Below, piece by piece: positions 34,701-36,171 of a stretch of 36,171 nucleotides of DNA (positions are counted from its first letter, which is position 1; each line of letters starts with the position of its first letter). Source of the stretch: a virus (lineage: Duplodnaviria > Caudoviricetes); the IMG/VR virus record IMGVR_UViG_3300025103_004218, positions 1 through 36,171 of that record; one strand, given 5' to 3'. The notes beneath the pieces are model-generated. The model was given only the letters and a program-made list of their open reading frames with translations, did not search any database and was not told the origin of the DNA. The translations under genes and the position numbers were made by a program.

Positions 34701-36171
34701 CACCTCCACCCTGAGCGTCAGACTTAAACGGACTAGCAATATTAATGGCTTTTCCTGCATCATCTTTCGGCATTGTGAACATTCCTGCTAAATTTCGACC
34801 AACCACGTCTGGCCTTCTATCTGCGTTGGGGGGGAATTGATTTTGCGTATACCCCTTTAAATAGTGTGGGTTTCGGTATGATAAGGCATCTTGACCCAAG
34901 CTGGGGAACCTAGCTTTTAATTCTCTGTGGACCGATCCCCCCATGTGTGAAGCCCCTCTCGCACCTCTATCAAATAGGCCCATCGCTTTAGCGGCAGCAT
35001 TTTGACTAAGTCCGCTGTTTTTCATCAGGTCAGGATGCCCTAGGAGTTCAAACCGGTTCTTGAAGTTGGCATCTCCATATGCCTTTCTTACTGCATCTAT
35101 TGTATTAGCAAATTCCCCAAATGCGTCCCAATTAATTTGTTCAACACTTTTTACTTTTCCACCGCTCACACCGGGACCAGCGTCTACCATAAAAGCTTTG
35201 CTCCAGAGCCGTGCCAGTTTACCATCACCAGTTCCGGCTTTCCCCTCCGCGTGTTTATCAATTATCTGAGCGAATTTAAGTCCAAGATCATTGTCATAAA
35301 ATGCTTTTAACGCGTTGTTGAAATGGTCATTGCCTCCTCTTCCTTCTGCATTTAATTGACTTTGCCAAAAATTTCCGGTCATAAAATTAAACCCTTTAGA
35401 TAAAGCTTTGGTTCCTTTTGCACCGGCATTTCCCGGCTTCCAGTTACCCTTGCTAAGCTCTACCATTCCTTCCCACAGGTCACCTTGAGTGAACAACGAT
35501 AGCTGCGAATCTGTTAGTTCTTGTCTATTCGAGCCAAATTGACCAAATATTGCCTTAACGTGCGCTTTTTTGGCGGCGGCCACTTTTTTCGGGTCGTAGT
35601 CAGTTTTGTCAAGATCAGCTTGGGCCTTTGCCGCTGCGGTTTTCGCAGTAGTCAGTTTGTTGGCTTGTGCTTGTTGGAGCCCTGATATTCTATTTTCCTC
35701 CGCTTTCTCAGCCCTAAAGACTTTATCTTTTTGAGCTATTTGTCTTTGTGCTTCTAGAAGTTGAGCTATTAAATCTAATTTAACGCCCTCAAATCTTGCG
35801 TGTTCTCCGACCTCTGTCGTAGTCCCTTCTACAGCTTCAACAATTCTTACTTCTTGAAGAGCTTCTTTAAAGGCTCTTTTATTTTTATCTTCAAATTGCT
35901 GCATCTCAAACGAATTTAACCTATTCAGCATTGCAATTCCGTCTTTAATGCCTTTTATATTTCCGGCCATATCTTCTACTTCTAACTCTGCCGCAATTTG
36001 TTCTCTGGCTATTTGATTTACCGATGTGCCTCCTAAAAGCTTTCCAGCATCAGCACCGGGACCACCCCCGACTGAACGCATTAATTCACTTAATGATCCA
36101 AGGTCTTGATTTATTAAAGCCGCCCTTCCTTGAACGGCATTTTGAATGAATGGAGCCATCATTGAGCCCTC
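31765..36171 (-). CDS. Tape measure protein (5' part beyond window)
   Basis: More than 1465 aa, Ala/Gly/Gln/Lys-rich and helical. C-terminal ASGG..G.G..DDVPAMLT.GEYVI and NNINVTVN motifs are typical of tape measure proteins. The frame stays open to the window edge. Confidence 0.82.
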   Translation of the reverse strand, partial: EGSMMAPFIQNAVQGRAALINQDLGSLSELMRSVGGGPGADAGKLLGGTSVNQIAREQIAAELEVEDMAGNIKGIKDGIAMLNRLNSFEMQQFEDKNKRAFKEALQEVRIVEAVEGTTTEVGEHARFEGVKLDLIAQLLEAQRQIAQKDKVFRAEKAEENRISGLQQAQANKLTTAKTAAAKAQADLDKTDYDPKKVAAAKKAHVKAIFGQFGSNRQELTDSQLSLFTQGDLWEGMVELSKGNWKPGNAGAKGTKALSKGFNFMTGNFWQSQLNAEGRGGNDHFNNALKAFYDNDLGLKFAQIIDKHAEGKAGTGDGKLARLWSKAFMVDAGPGVSGGKVKSVEQINWDAFGEFANTIDAVRKAYGDANFKNRFELLGHPDLMKNSGLSQNAAAKAMGLFDRGARGASHMGGSVHRELKARFPSLGQDALSYRNPHYLKGYTQNQFPPNADRRPDVVGRNLAGMFTMPKDDAGKAINIASPFKSDAQGGGGGLLQVAQTQSLAKLAEREKLEKQAQVEARKVLDIEKAKVNATQKEKETLDEQLKVAKERLEKAKKALENVPTAAEIKAQWKKEKSVIQEEYRRKAKQQSERDRALAEIGLTPQTGKVPYRNISRSLLMGGQFNLTPFMSGTAGGLGGASTANALSPIKERLSGVMGSDFAISHGGKETGAVLKILQEQMSVYGSTISEANKKISENLQRIEFINKGWEGEPMDPNTPALIETLKKEIVGAQNVISSNERLISGLDAVTDALQVNQGAGALAQRLSGNVTPTQLGLGALSFRGKSNEQYQAWLQGNKVAREKALAKMAGIEDYGTIENVTKKEELQAKLDERLKWGPGRQRPATTKIDPATGTPIHVPGETYDEYMKRKNAWGAENQKIKNQISGIKTPTGDQMALYRQNLANDPSLKAMRQYQQLDLSKVTPGYVAEQRDKAQELGEEQQTANLQASFEVIRRETYAFGESISAAADALTENNIKFKKYGMKDFIRSMRSELTKTPQDFYRELDKLGRGVTQKLRTGLADVFYNALDGTKKLREGFKDLFDEIGNMITKTLIQMAVDKFIFAPAGLQAPQGAKGGSVGRGRIGRYASGGPVVGGSGVRDDVPAMLTRGEYVIKKSSVQKYGMDFLDKLNNHGILRAARGQMVLEKARDTLLKQSAGKSPDPQAGLTSMTNTGNRSTRSILRNAFIYDDNNYATAKGSKFEIDRRLSRFSLIDENNPQNEFRIRKQAGLYDYEKSVRQQQENYLTQIEEWKKSKKARRKKAYTSAAIALTMGLAEGNQLFSGNIKQNYGYRLGKGIMGIPGRVTSGIGSGMKWGAGKVGGWFAGGGGRFGGQVSRMAQGGLSPDNVPALLMGGEYVISKQAVSRHGKAFFDKLNEGSLPRFEKGGYVSENSSPQSFVGGGSQEISNNINVTVNMSSDGEGSVNTETQYDNNREEGNNLGEVIKDVVVKTIIEQTRQGGVLGSFQRKNA

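Overview
This AT-rich 36 kb window is best explained as part of a large tailed dsDNA phage genome (Caudoviricetes with a lambda-like tail tip) using the standard genetic code. From left to right it contains: (1) a partial Cys-rich, Pro/Thr/Ser-linker protein missed by the ORF track; (2) a tightly coupled minus-strand operon behind a sigma70-like promoter, encoding an HPPD/VOC-like enzyme, aldehyde dehydrogenase, ClpP, HAD phosphatase, pyruvoyl SAM-decarboxylase-like protein, saccharopine/lysine-dehydrogenase-like protein, GDP-mannose dehydratase, RecA and an endonuclease; (3) signal peptidase I; (4) a complete tmRNA with an unusually long 31-codon tag; (5) a class I ribonucleotide reductase whose R2 subunit lacks the radical Tyr (class Ic signature); (6) a SET-domain protein, glycosyltransferases and a dNMP kinase; (7) a ~370-nt ORF-free, helix-dense element with two predicted pseudoknots, bracketed by a promoter and a strong hairpin (candidate new ncRNA or RNA-primed origin); (8) a dCMP deaminase with no canonical start codon; (9) a gpM-L-K-I-J tail-tip cluster converging on a partial tape measure gene. 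All product calls come from recognising motifs by eye; no database searches or folding programs were run.
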